A stretch of DNA of 64,000 nt from Schizochytrium sp. TIO01 (taxonomy: Eukaryota; Protista; Bigyra: Labyrinthulomycetes). A program made the position numbers and the translations under genes. The stretch covers positions 2,418,001 through 2,482,000 of the forward strand of contig SMSO01000025.1 in assembly GCA_004764695.1 (NCBI GenBank). The letters are read 5' to 3'. Of this stretch, positions 11,801 through 23,300 are shown one piece after another. Within the stretch, counting starts at the first letter, position 1; the number at the start of each line of letters is the position of its first letter. The notes under the pieces are model-generated. The model had not been told where the DNA came from, did no database searches, and saw only the letters and a list, made by a program, of their open reading frames with translations.

Positions 11801-12222
11801 CCGAAGAAGCTCATAGCTTGTCGCTTTACACTTTTGGAATGGAAATTAAAACCGTGGATGGTTTAACGTGCGAGCTGACTCCTGTGGAATGTGCGATAAA
11901 GGGTAATGTGAATCATAGCCAAGGCTCTACAACGTGCATGTTAGAAAGCCTTTCCAGTGAAGAGATGGACTCAAGGTATCAGCTTGCGGACAGAAAGAAG
12001 AATATTAGTACTTATTATAGCCTTTATATACCCGAAGCTCAAACTGCCAAATTAATTTTACATACTTTTGCCCAGTTGGCAAAAGTTACTGCAAAGGCAG
12101 AGATGAAAGCTCAAGGCCAATTGCGATCGGTTTCACGAACAAATACACAAGATATATTGGGCAATTCGGACCCAAGCAACAAAAATACGCCACCTCAATC
12201 TAAACTGTGTAGCATTCAATGA
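8836..12222 (+). CDS. sAC/ADCY10-like class III nucleotide cyclase, paralogue 2 (same architecture as paralogue 1)
   Basis: VAFVDMKGFT, KFLGDAV, RQVAVDDKG, EYAVVGSTVNLAAR, VKGF; IQ motif SAKIIQRWYRK; ends CSIQ; collinear with paralogue 1. Confidence 0.9.
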   Translation: MSEVLPSEANKSRVSSEGSTLNLWLGEATTNSIKERSSDNTNGHTGFISFKVRQGSSFQSQQHQNADIVKIERLRSAKIIQRWYRKVEMDYSRWQYKSKMQRTKEGLASKMEQIDDGHIQQAVEIEGKLRALTPQYLHWLIRSRGVHFIAPERHMEIEGVVAFVDMKGFTNLAQYLARKNAARRNSSAFLDENMNFNLSSELTNEVLTRYWELVIMYAQKFQGDVLKFLGDAVQIIFPLEPLFSHEVDVETARRKCQNRGLMFTLELLRALEFFEIESFDLGTNRMSLKIGLAYGLMDIRILGGVSSRCELVLSGPTSEVAATLSGKAGHDEAVVHKSILFVIENHKRVDKNKDYVRLRGGKKNSMGELYRLLTETEDYFEASLFQNPFEASLGETGNSAANLFENVRALNRFQTLVANRAKERRKSYSSVGSLNSYSRLSSTRMIRDLEDSITAPRGSTTNESLLSGDLPFSTLGRFVPQCALSQIEVGCATSTLGQGFCSVLFVEVCNYDPNMAPEDQTRFMQIVTTLAQTAIYEELGDLRQVAVDDKGLVVIGMFGIGSPNAEEAAFAAAKQILQKYKANGIAAGLGLASGACHFGPTGAAGRNEYAVVGSTVNLAARLMARVSQATIHDSHNSYLLIDQNTFLGLSRHCQDDFITSEIKVKGFDAPIQVFLPLSRNNTLKDLEEAQVLKALSFESAPRKVKVSQVTDRSKMSFRERQRRLGFVADIQRLTLGLERPESVQEVLKHITVMGVVNPRVDSAVLYSIIPSVTVCADLSYSLEIIESEFQIIRDVGNQVYMINNIEQHIKPLYETLMQSFRKRLHEELAQLYEEQLLHGNIKDIANDSLHVIIGSHYALAGVDHHLKAADFLNQGLAKVARQDLAYASVLARRSRRLVTAWQRKQHGRAEKAAATSMYFIGSCELKMGSFEKGFGAYVASLRCYSGLEGILCPPCQSQDNCFLHNDSYELCSCLKLRPNLHAYLITHHTEEAHSLSLYTFGMEIKTVDGLTCELTPVECAIKGNVNHSQGSTTCMLESLSSEEMDSRYQLADRKKNISTYYSLYIPEAQTAKLILHTFAQLAKVTAKAEMKAQGQLRSVSRTNTQDILGNSDPSNKNTPPQSKLCSIQ

Positions 12223-13996
12223 TATACAATCATCACATGTTGGAGAAAGTCAAATGCATATAATTAGATACTCTGAATTATTTAGATAGAGTGTATAAAG
12301 TGACTTTAAAGACTATATGAAACCGAAGATCCCTTAGCCCATTTAATGTATAGGACCCTGTACTCATAACGCACTTGTGATAAAGATTGTCTTCTTAAAC
12401 GTAATTCGATGATGAAATTATCTAACCTGTTTTTTCTTTTTCCTTTTTCTTTTTCACTTTCTCTAAAAAATGCATTCGAAATACGAATCCTGCCATGGTA
12501 TGTTTAAACTTGAGAAATAGTCAAAGAATGTGCTCGATCTTATGAATGGATTAGCGATAGCAATTAATATTTGAAAAAGTATATAGTCTGCTTAAAGTCT
12601 TTCTCAAACATAGGTCCAAGGATTTATTCGTTAAAATTCGTCAAAATGAGCTAAGTCCTTGTTTAAGTTTACTGCCACATCATACAAGATACAAAAAGTA
12701 TGCACATGATCTACATCCATTGCACATGTATATTTAACACTTGCATGGTCACTTGAACATGGAGTTGAGATTGAACCTTAACTTCAAAGTTTCTGGTCAG
12801 AAGTAATATTTGTACACTATGATACATATGTTATATTTTTAAAAAAATATTTTTAAAAAAGAAAAGAAAAAAAAAAGAAAAGAAAAAAGACAAGATAGAT
12901 GTCTATCAACCAGGGAGACTCAGTGTTCGTGTCTTTGCGCATAACCTAGAGGTGGATAAACGTGGTAACTATAGTCCTAGAAGGGAACAATAGATACTGC
13001 TTTTACTCGGGCCCTAGTGAATTGCGAATCATCCTTTTCTAAGGTTTACCGCACTACTATTCACCAATACGCTGCACACCAAAACCTTCCACTGCATTGA
13101 TTTATTATATATTAGTATATACTTTCTATAAAGAATGAACACATTTCCACAAAATACCACAACGGTAAACTTAAAAATAAATGAAATCTGCAACGGATCT
13201 CATCACTGTGTACCTCAGCCTCAAGTTATTTTAAAAGCTAATCTTGTGTGTTTAATCGGTGTTGGAAGAGATCAGCTTCAATTAAAGAGCTCTATTCATG
13301 GTTTTACTTCATGCTTAAAGAAAGTCGTGTTATATGTAGTGTTCGTTCAAATCATTTCTTCCTGTGCCCCATATTAAAGGTAAAGTTTATTAAGTTCCGT
13401 TATCCTTTGTGATATCTACATATACCGAAAGAGAGCCAGTAATTAATTTTTGTTTAGATCTTCCTGCTTCTGCATTGCGGCTTACCAAAGTTTCACAATT
13501 CACTTTCAACTTCGTTTGAATATGGGAACAAGAAACAAGTCTTACACCAACTGCTGAAGAGCAAATCTACAGTACATTTTTTATTGCCAACCTCAACTTT
13601 TTCAGAGACTAAATGAATATGTCATATACTTATGTACAAAATACTCAAGGAACACAGTTCATCTCACTTTCTCTCGTGACATCTTAAAGGACTGTAAGAC
13701 AGTTAATAACACACTTTACAGTTCTCATTCTAATAGTACTTCGAGTTGTAATGTTTATTAGAGTGGTTGGCAAATGTGTGATTAAATACCAATAATGCAA
13801 TAAACGGTGCCTGCAAAGCACGCATCTGTGCTTTGTGTGCCAGGAGGAAGTGCCCGCCCGATCTCCATGTCTCAGCGATTCACTCTACAGGGCCTCACGT
13901 CTGGGTTGTGTATGGTTCATTGATTCCTCTGTTTGGTCACACAAAAACTTTAATTGCCAGAACCTGGGAAACTCATACCTCTACCACGTTTGCGAG

Positions 13997-16900
13997 ATGG
14001 AAAGCGAGAGCAACAGCGACTTTTCACACAGCAATAGTGGTGTATGGCTTGGGAAAGCTATAAAGGCCACCACTGAGCAAGGTGCAGGTCGTTCCTCAGT
14101 TCATAATCGCGTGATTTCATTTGAAACTTTGAAATTTAGTCGTCACTCTGATTTATTTGATATTAAGGCTGAGAATGAAGAAGAAAGAAAACTCCACATT
14201 GCAGCTACTCAAATTCAAAGATTCTTCAGAAAATTATCGGTGTCACGAACTCAAGTCCAATTTCGCCAAAGGCTGCGCCAGTGCTTCCTCCAGCTCGAAG
14301 AGACTTCTGAAAACAAAAACTCAGAGGCAGCCCAGCGCCAGGCCCATGAAATCAAGTCAAAAGTACATGCCCTTACGCCTGGGTTAATACACTGGTTTCT
14401 TCGCACGAAAGGTGTCTCAGCAGCAAATCCTGGATCCACACACATCCTCCATGGAGTTGTCGTTTATATATTCGTGAGCGGATTGACTGAGTTTGCTCGT
14501 CAAGTAAATCAAGTGAAGAAGGTTGGCGATGTAAGCGCTGTTTGGAATGGCCAATTACAGCCAATCGAAGATCAAACTGGGACAGAAAGTATGGGTGCCA
14601 TCGAGTGTCAGTCAAATCTTAATAGTGACGTTTTAATGCGTTGCTGGGATATGATAATAGGCAAAATTCACCATTTTCAGGGTGATGTGGTTAAAATTTT
14701 AGACGATGTTGTCCAGGTGACCTTCCCAGTGGATATCCTATTTAGCTCTGTTAAAAAGCACGCCACTGCTAGATCAATGTGCCAAAGTCGTGCTCTCTTG
14801 TTTTCTCTAGACTTGATCGAAAGACTTAGAACATTTGAAATCGACAAGAACGTGCTTGCAAAAGATCATGTGCGATTGAGGATAGGACTTGCTTATGGGG
14901 AGATGAAGTTTCACATAGTTCGGTCTCTTATGCGCTCAGAGCTGCTGGTAAGCGGCGAAGCAGCAGACGAAGCAGCCACATTGTGCGATAAAGCAGTTGA
15001 TACAGAAGTACTTGCTCACAAAAGTATTGGAGACATCAAAGATCGAATTGTTTTGTCATCCAATTTTGTGCGATTGCGGATGGATGGTTCACAGCCTAGT
15101 ACGCACCTTTTGTATGAGCGCTTGATAGTTAGCAAAGACTACATTAGCTTGAGCCAGACCGATGATCCATATCATCATAATGTTGCACCACGGACAAGAG
15201 GGGGAAGAAAAAGGTCTGTTGATGCACTCCCCTCTCATGAAAGCTTTGCAAAGATCGGTATGACAGCTTCGTTTAAAATTGTTGAAACCCGAAGCTATCA
15301 TACAGAATCCGGGATCTCCTTCTCACAATCATCCGACTCAATGATGAATGAATCGCACGAATCATCTATTTTAAGAGTCCCTTCACAAAACTCATTTACT
15401 GCAAATGCGGCCATGACAATTGCAACATTTATTCCAAATAGAGTGTTTTCAAGTATTGTTCTAGGTGCATTTGTAGCCCAGCTCGAACGAGCTTTCTGTA
15501 CAGTTGTGACAATTGTAGTACCTGGTGTTGCTCAGTACGGATCTGACTGTGACACCGATTCTATGCAAGAAATTGTTAGTATTGTAGATGCGATTGTAAA
15601 AAATCAGTTGGGTGATTTGCTACAAATATGGACTGATAGTCGAGGATTTGTAATCGTCGCAATTTTTGGAAATCTGAGTGCTCAAGCAGAACATATGGGC
15701 ACCACAGCCGCAAGGGAAATTGCGTTAGAGTTGCACCATATGGGTTTCGAATCTGCTATTGGAGTGGCGTCTGGGTTCTGTAAAGTTGGCCTAATTGGCG
15801 CACTCACACGATTCACTTACAGCTCCATTGGAGATGTCCCTCGATTATCTGCGCGATTAGCTAGTCGGGCATCATCCACTCAACTTGAGAAGTTTCAGCG
15901 ACCAATTATTTTGGTTGACCAAACAACATTCCTCGGGCTTCCTCCGCATGAGAATCAGAAATTCGTAGTTTTTGAGTTGTATGTGCGTGGCTTTGAAGAC
16001 AACGTACAAACATTTTTACCACTGTATTACAAGGAGACACTGGAAGACTTAGAAAAACACAAAGTTCTTGCAGATCTTGCGATTATTGGCTCACACAAGA
16101 TTGTTAAAGTTACCGATGCGTCTGAAGAGGCTCACAGACGCGCAAAATGGCAACGTCAAGAGGGTGGGTTTGTGGCAGATGTGTCGCGCCTATCTCTTGG
16201 TCTTGAACACTCAGATGCTGTTCAAGCTGTTTTGAAGCTCCTGGCAATCATGGGTACTGTGAGCGCTCGAGTTGACACACAAATCGTACAAGCGATGTTT
16301 GCAGAGTCTACTACTGCTGCTCACCTTGAGTATTCTTTAAATGTACTTCGTTCTAGTTTACAAATTATACGTTTTGTCGGTCAGAATGTTTACATGATTA
16401 ACAATGTTCAAGGCCAAATCAAACCTATATATGCGAGTCTAATGCCTACCTACCGTATGAAATTGCACGGGCTGCTGGCAAATATCTATGCTGAGAAAAT
16501 GAGCATAGGAGAGATAACAGACATCCCCCAACACACTCTTCAAATTATGATAGGAACGCACTACTCTCAAGCAGGAGTGGAATGCCATCAAGAAGCAGCT
16601 ACCTATTTGAACCAAGCAATTACTGCAGTTTCGTATGAAACTCCAGCGCAAGGTGTTGCACTGGCAAAACGAAGTTACAACCTAACTCGTTCGTGGCAAA
16701 ACTTTCAGCATTCACGAGCGGAGACAACATCTGCACAAGCCCAATTCCTTATTGCAAAATTTCAAAGGAAGATGGGCAACCTGCAGTCTAGCTTCAATGC
16801 GTTCGTTGCTTGCCTGCGTTCGTTTACTGCACTTGAACCTCTATTGCATCCACCTTGTACGAATCTTGAGACATGTGAGTACCTCAAAGAGAGTTTGGAA

Positions 16901-17365
16901 TCATGCAGCTGCTATTCTTTACCCAAAAATTTGAGGGTTTACCTATTTATTCATCACGCGCCAGATCCCTTTTCAGAATTTCAATTTCGCTGTTTAGAGA
17001 TCTCTACTGCATCGGATGTGTTTCTTGTCAATCCTGTAGAGTGCATTATAAACGGAAGCTTCGAGAAACGTCCCAGCCCTACAGCAAACTGCAAACTTGT
17101 CGAGCTGTCTAATTCTGAGCTTGAACGCCATTATTCAGTGTTCAATAGAAATCCAAATGTACGAAAATACTATCAAGTGTTAATTATGAACCGCCACACA
17201 AGTAAATATATCCTGAAGAGTTTTTTGCAGCTCGCAGCTATTTCAATCAAAGCAAAAGCAGCTGAATATATTCGAACTTCTTTTGCCCCCGCAACGTCTA
17301 GCTCATCCATTTTCTCGCCAAAAGAACCCGTGAAAATCAAGTCAAACATGTGTCTATTGCAGTAA
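13997..17365 (+). CDS. sAC-like cyclase paralogue 3, catalytically degenerate (probable pseudo-cyclase)
   Basis: Collinear with paralogues 1 and 2, but VVVYIFVSGLT replaces VAFVDMKGFT, KILDD replaces KFLGD, TDSRG replaces DDKG and VPRLSAR replaces VNLAAR; IQ motif AATQIQRFFRK; ends CLLQ. First in-frame ATG at 13997. Confidence 0.85.
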   Translation: MESESNSDFSHSNSGVWLGKAIKATTEQGAGRSSVHNRVISFETLKFSRHSDLFDIKAENEEERKLHIAATQIQRFFRKLSVSRTQVQFRQRLRQCFLQLEETSENKNSEAAQRQAHEIKSKVHALTPGLIHWFLRTKGVSAANPGSTHILHGVVVYIFVSGLTEFARQVNQVKKVGDVSAVWNGQLQPIEDQTGTESMGAIECQSNLNSDVLMRCWDMIIGKIHHFQGDVVKILDDVVQVTFPVDILFSSVKKHATARSMCQSRALLFSLDLIERLRTFEIDKNVLAKDHVRLRIGLAYGEMKFHIVRSLMRSELLVSGEAADEAATLCDKAVDTEVLAHKSIGDIKDRIVLSSNFVRLRMDGSQPSTHLLYERLIVSKDYISLSQTDDPYHHNVAPRTRGGRKRSVDALPSHESFAKIGMTASFKIVETRSYHTESGISFSQSSDSMMNESHESSILRVPSQNSFTANAAMTIATFIPNRVFSSIVLGAFVAQLERAFCTVVTIVVPGVAQYGSDCDTDSMQEIVSIVDAIVKNQLGDLLQIWTDSRGFVIVAIFGNLSAQAEHMGTTAAREIALELHHMGFESAIGVASGFCKVGLIGALTRFTYSSIGDVPRLSARLASRASSTQLEKFQRPIILVDQTTFLGLPPHENQKFVVFELYVRGFEDNVQTFLPLYYKETLEDLEKHKVLADLAIIGSHKIVKVTDASEEAHRRAKWQRQEGGFVADVSRLSLGLEHSDAVQAVLKLLAIMGTVSARVDTQIVQAMFAESTTAAHLEYSLNVLRSSLQIIRFVGQNVYMINNVQGQIKPIYASLMPTYRMKLHGLLANIYAEKMSIGEITDIPQHTLQIMIGTHYSQAGVECHQEAATYLNQAITAVSYETPAQGVALAKRSYNLTRSWQNFQHSRAETTSAQAQFLIAKFQRKMGNLQSSFNAFVACLRSFTALEPLLHPPCTNLETCEYLKESLESCSCYSLPKNLRVYLFIHHAPDPFSEFQFRCLEISTASDVFLVNPVECIINGSFEKRPSPTANCKLVELSNSELERHYSVFNRNPNVRKYYQVLIMNRHTSKYILKSFLQLAAISIKAKAAEYIRTSFAPATSSSSIFSPKEPVKIKSNMCLLQ

Positions 17366-17696
17366 TTCATATTGTGAACAATTTGACTAATTCGATGCTT
17401 TCAAAATGCAAAATGTTGAGATCAATAATAAGATAACACATCCCATAGGGGTTTAGTTGAGCGAGATATCAATTCAAGTGAGTTGCGGGCTGAGAAAGAA
17501 GAACCCCCAAAACGACCGGAAAGTTGTCAACTTTATTTCTAGCCTATTAATAGATACCTCAGCGTAAAATTCAAAAGCTTACTTACTACAATATTTTGTT
17601 CAGAAACACTCCAGGTCTAACAAGCATAGCATAATCGATGGCACCCACCATATCGTCTCTCAAAATATCACCAAGTGATGCAAGGCGGGAGAAGGT

Positions 17697-19193
17697 TTAT
17701 CGCAAACTTGGAGAGCCTAGTGATGATGATGATGACGAGTCATCCCCGCTCGAACCTGCACCTGCCTCGACATCTTCAGTGTCAAGTATTCCCTGGTGCG
17801 TTGGAAAAGAGCTTACTTGCTCATTATTAGAAACGCCGATTGAACCTATAGCAGGTGGAGGCGGTACTAACTGATTGGAACCCACTAAAGCCGGCTTTGA
17901 ACCAGTAACGCTTTTGCGGCAGCCTGCTTTCTTGTTTGAATTTGTAAACTGCGTAGAGCTATTGAGCGTCGTTGTCAGACTAGGTAAGGGTTTGAGCTCT
18001 CGTAGGTGCCTGGGACTGTGGACTACCTTTGCAGGCGATGCAGTTTCTCCGTCAACCCAAGAATGCTTCAGTGCATCAGCTGCTGTGAGTCTCTTGTTAG
18101 GGTCTATATTCAATAAGCCGCTGAGCAGATCCTTGGCCGAAGAACTCAGGTTCTTCTCCCAAGAAGGATACCTCAATTTGTAGTCTGTCCGCCGCCTTTG
18201 CCGTTTATCATCAAATGGAAATACTCCACACAAAAGAACAAAGGTAACTATGCCGAGCGCCCAAACGTCAATCGATCTTGTATATGCTTTACGCCGCATC
18301 ATCTCAGGAGCAATATAGCCCATCGTTCCAAAGAATGTACGTGTACTCAATGGTGAAGCAATATCCGGGGCACGATCTACCGAGTTTGCTGCCGTAGCCA
18401 GAGTTTTAGAAAGACCAAAGTCAATAATCTTGAGACGAATTTCGCTGTAGTGTTTCACCTTCTCTTGCAGGAGTATATTCTCAAGTTTCAAATCTCGATG
18501 AATGACATTGTGAGCGTGCATGTACGCTACTGCGCTTATCAATTGCCGCATAAGAAATGCAACTTTTGCTTCTGTCAATGTACTGTTTGGACGGCTTATA
18601 AGATAGTCAAAGAGCTCCCCTCCTCGAGCAAGCTCTGTGACTACATGGAGGTGAGTGGAAGACTCAAACATATCCTGGAGTTTGATGATATGTGGATGAT
18701 CGAGTCGTCTTAAAATATCTACCTCGCGGCGAAATTGTGGTAAGAGATCGCTGTACAGCATCGTCACTTTACGTTTGTTGATTACTTTCACTGCAAATGC
18801 ACTTTGAGTGCTCTTTTGGACACATGCAAAACATCTCGCTGTGCTCCCTTTCCCAAGCTCTTCCTTGAGATCATAAACATCTGAAAATCTACGATTAGTG
18901 CCTTTTTTATTGTTCTCAGATCCTCCTTCTTCGAGACGACGGTAAGCACTTGCGTGAGAGCGCCAGCCCACATGACTGGAGTCTGGAATGTTATACTTTC
19001 GACCCCATAAGCAAATTCCGCAAATAGTCACAGGGCAGCACGAACCTCCCTCATTCTCATCACTAAACTGACTGCTGCCTCTCGTTCGAAGGGGTCTTCG
19101 ATCATCCACATCAAACTCGGCTTCATTCGCACCATTGCGATGGCCTTCGTGACCTATTCCTCCCAGCCCCTCGGCGCCAAGGTTTACCAGCAT
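17697..19193 (-). CDS. Ser/Thr protein kinase, CAMK group (CaMK1-like)
   Basis: GKGSTARC Gly-loop, AVKVI, ELARGGELFD, HRDLKLEN, DFG, GTMGYIAPE, DVWALG, KRLTAADALKHSWV. First ATG at 19193. Confidence 0.93.
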   Translation of the reverse strand: MLVNLGAEGLGGIGHEGHRNGANEAEFDVDDRRPLRTRGSSQFSDENEGGSCCPVTICGICLWGRKYNIPDSSHVGWRSHASAYRRLEEGGSENNKKGTNRRFSDVYDLKEELGKGSTARCFACVQKSTQSAFAVKVINKRKVTMLYSDLLPQFRREVDILRRLDHPHIIKLQDMFESSTHLHVVTELARGGELFDYLISRPNSTLTEAKVAFLMRQLISAVAYMHAHNVIHRDLKLENILLQEKVKHYSEIRLKIIDFGLSKTLATAANSVDRAPDIASPLSTRTFFGTMGYIAPEMMRRKAYTRSIDVWALGIVTFVLLCGVFPFDDKRQRRRTDYKLRYPSWEKNLSSSAKDLLSGLLNIDPNKRLTAADALKHSWVDGETASPAKVVHSPRHLRELKPLPSLTTTLNSSTQFTNSNKKAGCRKSVTGSKPALVGSNQLVPPPPAIGSIGVSNNEQVSSFPTHQGILDTEDVEAGAGSSGDDSSSSSSLGSPSLR

Positions 19194-20381
19194 CTTGATC
19201 TGGCTGAAACAAGCAACCGACTGCCAGATCAATCTAGTATTGCAGTCTCAGTTTGCAGTCTAGCTCAACTCCTAAAACCTAACAAAAACTAAACCCAAGT
19301 CTTTGGTCTACGTCTTCGTCCTCGCCTTTGTCTTGATCTTTGGCTTCACCGTTGCCCATTCGAATCTCCTGCAGAGGACTTTGTTATCATGGACTGGGAT
19401 TCCTTATTCTATTCACTTCCCTGTACTCGATGACGTTCTGTTGAGGTTCTGATTTCGTTATAAGTAATGTTTATTCCTTCACAGGATACTTATCCCTCTC
19501 TAGAACACGAGCGTCTCGGTAACGGCTCATGCAGAAAGCTCGGCAATAGACACGTCATGAGGAGCCAAAGTGAATTGTTTCCCTTTAGCATGACCTTCAG
19601 CATCAAACAGTGATTTTAATGGGTTGAAATACATGTGGACATGTCTCTCCTTATGTTTTGGTGCTACCAGAAGAAAATAAGTAGTAATTGTAAGAATGAA
19701 TATTATTACTTTTATAAAGCCATCGATGGAAGTTGCGACGATTCGTCAATGAAGGGCCAAGATGCGGTGCTCTCTAGTGCTTAAATACATCTGGACACCT
19801 CCTTAATCAATCAACCAATCAGCTAATCCAAAAGAACACCAAAACAATTGCTCCATGCTCTATTGAGGACCAAGGTCCAGGCGCTTGAGCTATGCACTAC
19901 GGTACTAGGTGGCCAAGTTAGGTGTTCTGCTTCCTTTTTTTGTTCAATATTAAAATCTTACGCTGGTTTTTTTTAATTTGTTCTAGGTGGATGCAAACAT
20001 CTTTTCATCTGCTAGTGTTTTCGCATGAACCCTTCCCGCCATTTTTTTAATTGAACACGCGCGCGTTTCAACTTGCAGGCGTGGAGTAATTCAAAGCTTG
20101 ACGAAAGTTCTGTTTACTAGAACATAAACCATATGGTGATTTGTCTCAACTTGCTATAATGCAATATTTTCTCTCACGCTCCTAAAAGCGTAACCATGTT
20201 TCGTTTTTTTTTAAATCTTTTTAAAACGCAGAAACTACAACTATTGCTGACGGTGGATTATTTCATAAAAAGACTAAAAATACATATAAATTAGATTGTT
20301 AAAGAAAAAAAAAGTCATCATACATTGCTAATCTTGAAACAACAGAACAGCTCCAATTTCCATAACATTAAAAAGAATGAT

Positions 20382-23300
20382 CTATCCATATCTTGGAGCC
20401 TGAGTAGGGTCTGCATACTTGGATACAAAACCAGAAGGGGCTTCCCAGGCTGTTTCACCAGTGTACTGATTATAATAATACGCAGCTTGGTATGTATCAT
20501 CGTAATATTGTAGCCATTCTTCTGTGGCACCTCCTTGGGCACCCTGCTGATTCCAAGAATTCTCATATGCTGTAGCAGGATCCTGCTGTTGGGCTCCTTG
20601 GCCGTAATAATCATATCCCTGCTGATCATAGTTATTGTAGTCGTAAAATTGATGATCATACTGATAATTGTCTGTGTCATAGTCAGTAATTGATCCGACT
20701 GTTTCATAGCCTGCTTGAACACGAGGATCAGTCCAGCTAGCCTCTCCTGTGACTGTATTATAATAGTAGTAGGCTTGCGAGTTTTCATCCCAATACTCCA
20801 CCCACTGTTCAGTTGTTGCTGGTCGTGCAGTTTCTTTTGACTTGGCTAAAGCTCTTCGATCTCTGAAACCACGGTATACGGCTTGAATTTTAGACGCTGC
20901 TAACTCTCGTTCTTGCTGTGCAAGCTGGGTTCTTCTGACTTCAAATTCTCGATCGCGTTGTGCTCGCTTGGCTTCTGTTTGGAGCCGAGCAGCCTTCGCA
21001 CGATATAGACTCTGTACTTTGATTGCGGCAAGATCGCGCTCTTGTTCCTCGCGTAAACGCAGTAGTTCCGCTTCTCGTTCACTTTCCTCCCGAATTCTTG
21101 CTAGCCGTGCTTGGTGTTCTCTGACACGCTCTTGCATTTTTCGCCGGGCTTGACGAGTGCGAAATGCACATTGAATTCGTAAAGCAGCTTCTTCCATAGA
21201 CCTCTGTTGTCTTCGCTCCTCTTCCAATGCCTTCAACCGCATTTTCTCTTTCATTGCACTAGCTCGACGTTTCTCTACCTCCTTTCTCGCAACCCTCGCT
21301 CGTGTCAGAGATTGAATCTTTAATGCAGCATGCTCCTCTTGATCTTGCTGTTCTAAGGCTTTGCGGCGTTTTGATTCCTCCCGTCGCTGGCGCACAAGTT
21401 CTTGGTTTTCCCGTTCCCACTTGATGCGCTTGCAAACTTTTCGATCTCGCCAAGCGCGATACATAGCTTGAATCTTTGCAGCTGCTAACCGTTTTTCATT
21501 ATCAAGTTGTGCATGCCTCAGCGCTGCCTGCTTCTGGCGAAGCTTTCGTGCCTCACGCCTGCTTTTCACTTGACGAAGAAAACTTTGAATATGTACTGCA
21601 GCCTCTTCTTGTCGATGTTCTAGCTCTAACTTTGACCTGACATTTTTGTCTTTCGCTTCCTGCAGAAGTTTAGCACGCTTTTCCCTACGCCGTTTTGTCT
21701 CTTTCTTTGCTTGCGCAGATCTAATGCGGTTTTGAATTTTCAATGCCGCAGCTTCTTCCTCTGCAAGCTTTTGCTGAGCTGCAATATTTTTACGTCTCTG
21801 CAGTGCCACATCTCTGGCTTGTTTAGAGCGCCACGCACTTTGCATACGAATGGCAGCGAGTTGTCGCTCTTGGCGTTCTTGCAGAGCATGCTCTTGCTCC
21901 CGCAGCTGTGCCAATGCTTCTTGCGCCTTTTTAGCATGAATCTTCCTAACGCGATCTCGTGCAAGCTTTGCTCGAAACTGCGACTGTATCCTTGTTGCAG
22001 CAGCTTCTTCTTTTGCACGCTGTATTTGTTGCCGAATAATTTCAGCTGCTCTTTTCTCCTCTTCAAATGCTTTCCGCGCGACTCGGCCTCGCTGCAACGC
22101 CTGGAGCTTTGTCGCAGCATCAGCCTCCTGCTGTTCGACTACGTGTCTTGCTTCAGACTCTCTTCTGAGCCTTTCGTTCCGAAGTCTTCGAAAACTAAGA
22201 GCGCGCTTACGTCCAAGATATCCTCGACCCAATGCTTGAATTCGTGTTGCAGCTTGCTCGCGAGCAAGATTGCGGCGTAAGTCTTGCGCAAATGCTTCTT
22301 TACGAGACTGAAATCTTCTTCGGGCAATTTGGCCTCGTCTAATACGCTGGATGTGGCGTGCAGCTACATTTTCCTCGCGAATTTTATTTACGTGCTTACG
22401 AGCAATGTAGCCACGCGCTATTTGCTGAATCTTAACAGCTGCCCTACTCCGCTGTCGATTATGCAGCCGCACTACACGTGTTCCAACCCAGTCTCGATGT
22501 CCTCGCCATGTTTTTTGCAGCAAGACTGCAGCTTTTGTTTGGCGCATATGTAAAACCTGCCGACGGGAGCGATATCCTCGAAAGCAAGCCTGGATCTTCA
22601 AGCTAGCTTCATCTTCAGCGATCAATTGCATGCGTGTCTCCATGAGCTCAAACCCATGAATTCTGCCTTGGTAGCCGCGAATTTGAGCCTGAATAATAAC
22701 AGCACTCATATATTCTGCAATTGCTTGTTGCCTTACAGCAACGATCTGCCGAGCAACAAACCCACGGAAAACACGTTGAATATTCGTAGCAGCCAAACGT
22801 TTAAGATGGGCTTTGAGGATATCTGCGAAGTGAGCTCGATCTCGCCTTGCTCGCCAAAGCGCTTGAACCTTTGTTGCTGCAGTATTTTCTCGATGAGCAA
22901 GTAACATTGCTGCGGCCAACTTTTTCCCTGCATAACCTCTATAGCAGCGTTGAATATATGTTGCAGCTCGAACATCGCGAAGTGCGACTCTTTTTGCAGC
23001 TGCTCTTTCTCTGCCTTGATGGCCTCTGAAAGTACGCTGAATTTGGAGTGCAGCGTAGCTGCGAATTTTTTCTGAAGCTCGAAGCCGTCCCAAAAATCCT
23101 CTAATAACTCGCTGGATCTGAAGGGTAGCAGCCAATCTCTCCATAGTTCGTTCGTGTTCAATGACGCGAAGCCACGTGTTCAATGCTGCAATACTTTGTT
23201 TACGTTTCCAATTTGCAAAAAGACTTGTTAAGCGTCTACTCCCTTTTAGTTTCATGTACTGCGCTACTTGCGCCTCGTTGCGCTGCTTAGCGACATGCAC

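Noticed and set aside
12964-12985. GGTAACTATAGTCCTAG resembling the LSU rRNA I-CeuI-site region
   Set aside because: Short imperfect match with no surrounding rRNA sequence.
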